A stretch of 64,000 nt of DNA from an uncultured Nitrososphaerota archaeon. Lineage in GTDB: Archaea > Thermoproteota > Nitrososphaeria > Nitrososphaerales > Nitrosopumilaceae. A program made the translations under genes and the position numbers. The stretch spans positions 1-64,000 of the forward strand of contig CAWGPD010000001.1 of the NCBI GenBank assembly GCA_963824385.1, in the 5' to 3' direction. Shown here one piece after another: positions 61,891 to 64,000 of the stretch. How positions within the stretch are numbered: position 1 is the stretch's first letter; every line of letters begins with the position of its first letter. Below the pieces are notes generated by a model that saw only the letters and a list, made by a program, of their open reading frames with translations, ran no database searches and had not been told where the DNA came from.

Positions 61891-62787
61891 TTGATAGTAA
61901 ATACAATGATATCATTTCCTTATGATGTAACAGAGGATAGGTCGCGATTTCAAAAATCTGTAATAGACGGGGATCTTGGATATTATGATACAATAGCAAG
62001 AAAATTCATACCGCAAGAAACTTTGGATTCTCTTCTTGAGAATATAATTCCTGAAAAAGAACATCTCCTAGTTTCTGAGAAGGATCCAAGATTATCACAA
62101 TCAGTAAACAGAATTAGAAGAAATTTATCCATATATCAGAGAAATCCAAGTGATTCATACGCCCAGATTTTTCTTAAATATTTATCCAACAGATATTTGA
62201 GTTCAATACGAGAACAAAAGCTGGATGCTGCAATACTCTATGTTGATGTGGTAGGATCTACAAAAATTGCCACCCAGCTTTCTGCATCAGAGTTGTCATC
62301 TCTAATTCGAGTATTTTCTCAAGAGATGTCAATTATAATTTCTAGACACGGAGGTTTTGTTTTAAAATATGCAGGCGATGCGGTGATTGCGTATTTTCCA
62401 TCGTCTAGCGAGTTTGGAAATGCAACTGAGAATGCAGTAAGATGTGGAAATATAATGAATGCAATAATAGAACAATCACTTAACTTTGCTTTTCGAGATT
62501 TTGCGTTGCCACCAATTCAAGTCAGGATCTCAATTGATTTTGGCACTAACGAAGTCGTATTTTTAGGCCCGGAGCCGGATTTAATTGGACATACTATTAC
62601 AATTGCATCAAAGATGATTCGATTTGCAAAGCCCGGACATATAGTAATAGGAGAAAACGCACATAAACAATTAATCGAACCACACACAACCAGTTTTATT
62701 CCTGCAGGCAAAGAGATAGAATGGGAATACAGCGATCCAGGGACAGGAAAGATATATCCCATATACTTTTCAGGAGATAAGAAATAG
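61891..62787 (+). CDS. Class III adenylate/guanylate cyclase
   Basis: YVDVVGST, LKYAGDAV, RISIDFG, DLIG.TI.IASK. Confidence 0.88.
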   Translation: MIVNTMISFPYDVTEDRSRFQKSVIDGDLGYYDTIARKFIPQETLDSLLENIIPEKEHLLVSEKDPRLSQSVNRIRRNLSIYQRNPSDSYAQIFLKYLSNRYLSSIREQKLDAAILYVDVVGSTKIATQLSASELSSLIRVFSQEMSIIISRHGGFVLKYAGDAVIAYFPSSSEFGNATENAVRCGNIMNAIIEQSLNFAFRDFALPPIQVRISIDFGTNEVVFLGPEPDLIGHTITIASKMIRFAKPGHIVIGENAHKQLIEPHTTSFIPAGKEIEWEYSDPGTGKIYPIYFSGDKK

Positions 62788-62789
62788 AG

Positions 62790-64000
62790 ATGGAACAAAA
62801 ACCCAAGAGATATGGTCTTTCAGACCTTGAGAGATTTGTAGAGATTGGAAACAGGTCCCTTCTAGTAAAAGGAAGGTCTGGAACTGGCAAAGAGACACTT
62901 TGTTTTGAACTTGCAGGGGGCAAGGTAAAAGAGTACAATGTCATATTTATCACAAGAAACCAAACAGACAAAATACTTTACAGACGATTTCCGTGGATTA
63001 CAGATTTTATCTCTCCTTCAAATATTGTTGAAATATCACCAGAAGACGCAGTATTGACAGACCCTTCATTTGTCATATCTGCCATAGTAAATGCAATAGC
63101 AAACTCTTCTAAAAAAGTCAAAGATCCTTTTCTTGCCTTGGAGAGTGTAAGAAAGCCGTTCATCATACTTGATGTCTGGGATTCAGTTTCAAGAGAGATG
63201 AATGCGTTAGATAGAATGCGTGCAGAGAAACTTTTGACATCACTTGCAGAAAAATATGATGGATTCATAATTTTCCTAAGTGAGCAACAAGATACTGCAT
63301 CACTTGAATATCTAGTAGATGGAGTGATAGAGACATCACAACGTTACTTTAAGACATATAGAATAAGAGAAGTAAGCCTTGAAAAATTAAAAGGCGTCCC
63401 CATCAAGAGGCCAAAGATTCCATTTACACTTCAAAATGGAAGATTCCAGTCATTTTCAAATCTGCGCAGTAACATGAAAAGCATTTCAATGTTTATTCCA
63501 TCTCCAGATTCAGATGTACGATATTCTACAGGTAGCAAGGATTTTGATTTAAAATTAAACGGAGGTTTTAGGAGAGGCTCTGTAATTGGAATTGAGATTG
63601 ATAGTGATGTAGACCGTTTTGCTTTTGTGCCACTACTCTCACCTATTGCACTAAACTTTATGGTTCAAAATAACTCGGTTTTAATATCATCCTCATCAGA
63701 CCAAGATGTAAGTGCTGTAGTAAATTACCTAACACCATATGCAAACAAAGACGCATTAAATAATTTCAGGATATTTGGACACACCTTTGGTACAAAATCA
63801 GATTACATCATAGAAAGAGAGGGCTTGGATTTTGAATCATCTAACAAAGAATGGCAAAAAACATACAGTACCCTAAAAGAAAACGGCAAACCACTCTTAA
63901 TGTCAGCAGATTATAGCTTCTTGGAGCTTGCCTACCAGTCAGAAGAAAAATTAATCTTAAAATCCCTGATTGATAATTCACGCATGATAAGACATAACAA
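62790..64000 (+). CDS. KaiC/RAD55-family double-domain ATPase (GvpD-like), runs off window end
   Basis: LLVKGRSGTGKET, LDVWD, LEYLVDGVI, R.....KLKG.PI..P..PFTL.NGRF, second domain STG..DFD..L.GG. Confidence 0.8.
   Translation, partial: MEQKPKRYGLSDLERFVEIGNRSLLVKGRSGTGKETLCFELAGGKVKEYNVIFITRNQTDKILYRRFPWITDFISPSNIVEISPEDAVLTDPSFVISAIVNAIANSSKKVKDPFLALESVRKPFIILDVWDSVSREMNALDRMRAEKLLTSLAEKYDGFIIFLSEQQDTASLEYLVDGVIETSQRYFKTYRIREVSLEKLKGVPIKRPKIPFTLQNGRFQSFSNLRSNMKSISMFIPSPDSDVRYSTGSKDFDLKLNGGFRRGSVIGIEIDSDVDRFAFVPLLSPIALNFMVQNNSVLISSSSDQDVSAVVNYLTPYANKDALNNFRIFGHTFGTKSDYIIEREGLDFESSNKEWQKTYSTLKENGKPLLMSADYSFLELAYQSEEKLILKSLIDNSRMIRHN

Noticed and set aside
1..64000. CRISPR array or rRNA
   Set aside because: No regularly spaced repeat-spacer units or rRNA-like GC-rich tracts; the 26-bp palindromes are irregularly spaced promoter elements.
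62790..64000. Gas vesicle or circadian clock system
   Set aside because: No gvpA or kaiA/kaiB in the window; the family assignment alone does not imply these functions.

Overview
AT-rich archaeal DNA that looks like Nitrososphaerota (Thaumarchaeota), most like Nitrosotalea/Nitrosopumilales. This is an inference from a PEFG-CTERM protein, cupredoxins, conserved thaumarchaeal hypotheticals and TTG starts. Many genes, including housekeeping ones, are split by single-base frameshifts, most likely long-read or assembly errors. The main signal is a candidate energy-stress/anoxia ('dormancy') system. It includes an AMP phosphorylase + ribose-1,5-bisphosphate isomerase + intact form III RuBisCO operon, divergent from an ATP-cone/PD-(D/E)xK protein. 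It also includes PEP synthase, an ADP-forming acyl-CoA synthetase beside a POR-gamma relic, an N-terminally extended PhaC, a P3A H+-ATPase, an M50-CBS protease, 6 UspA proteins, 8 CBS proteins (one CBS+HPF-like), Hsp20 and a PRT/hydrolase pair. Many of these promoters share the palindrome TTATCA-N4-TGATAA, often ~12 nt upstream of the TATA box. Two further regulons are visible: a 26-bp palindrome (5 copies, 18-21 kb) and a DtxR-like box (3 copies, 45-48 kb). The window also holds tRNA-Phe, an orphan terminase pair, a DUF5343-like + HEPN module, a RelE TA cassette between direct repeats, a class III cyclase + KaiC/GvpD-like ATPase, Cys-rich microproteins and two candidate small RNAs. All family calls are from motif recognition only; no database searches were run.
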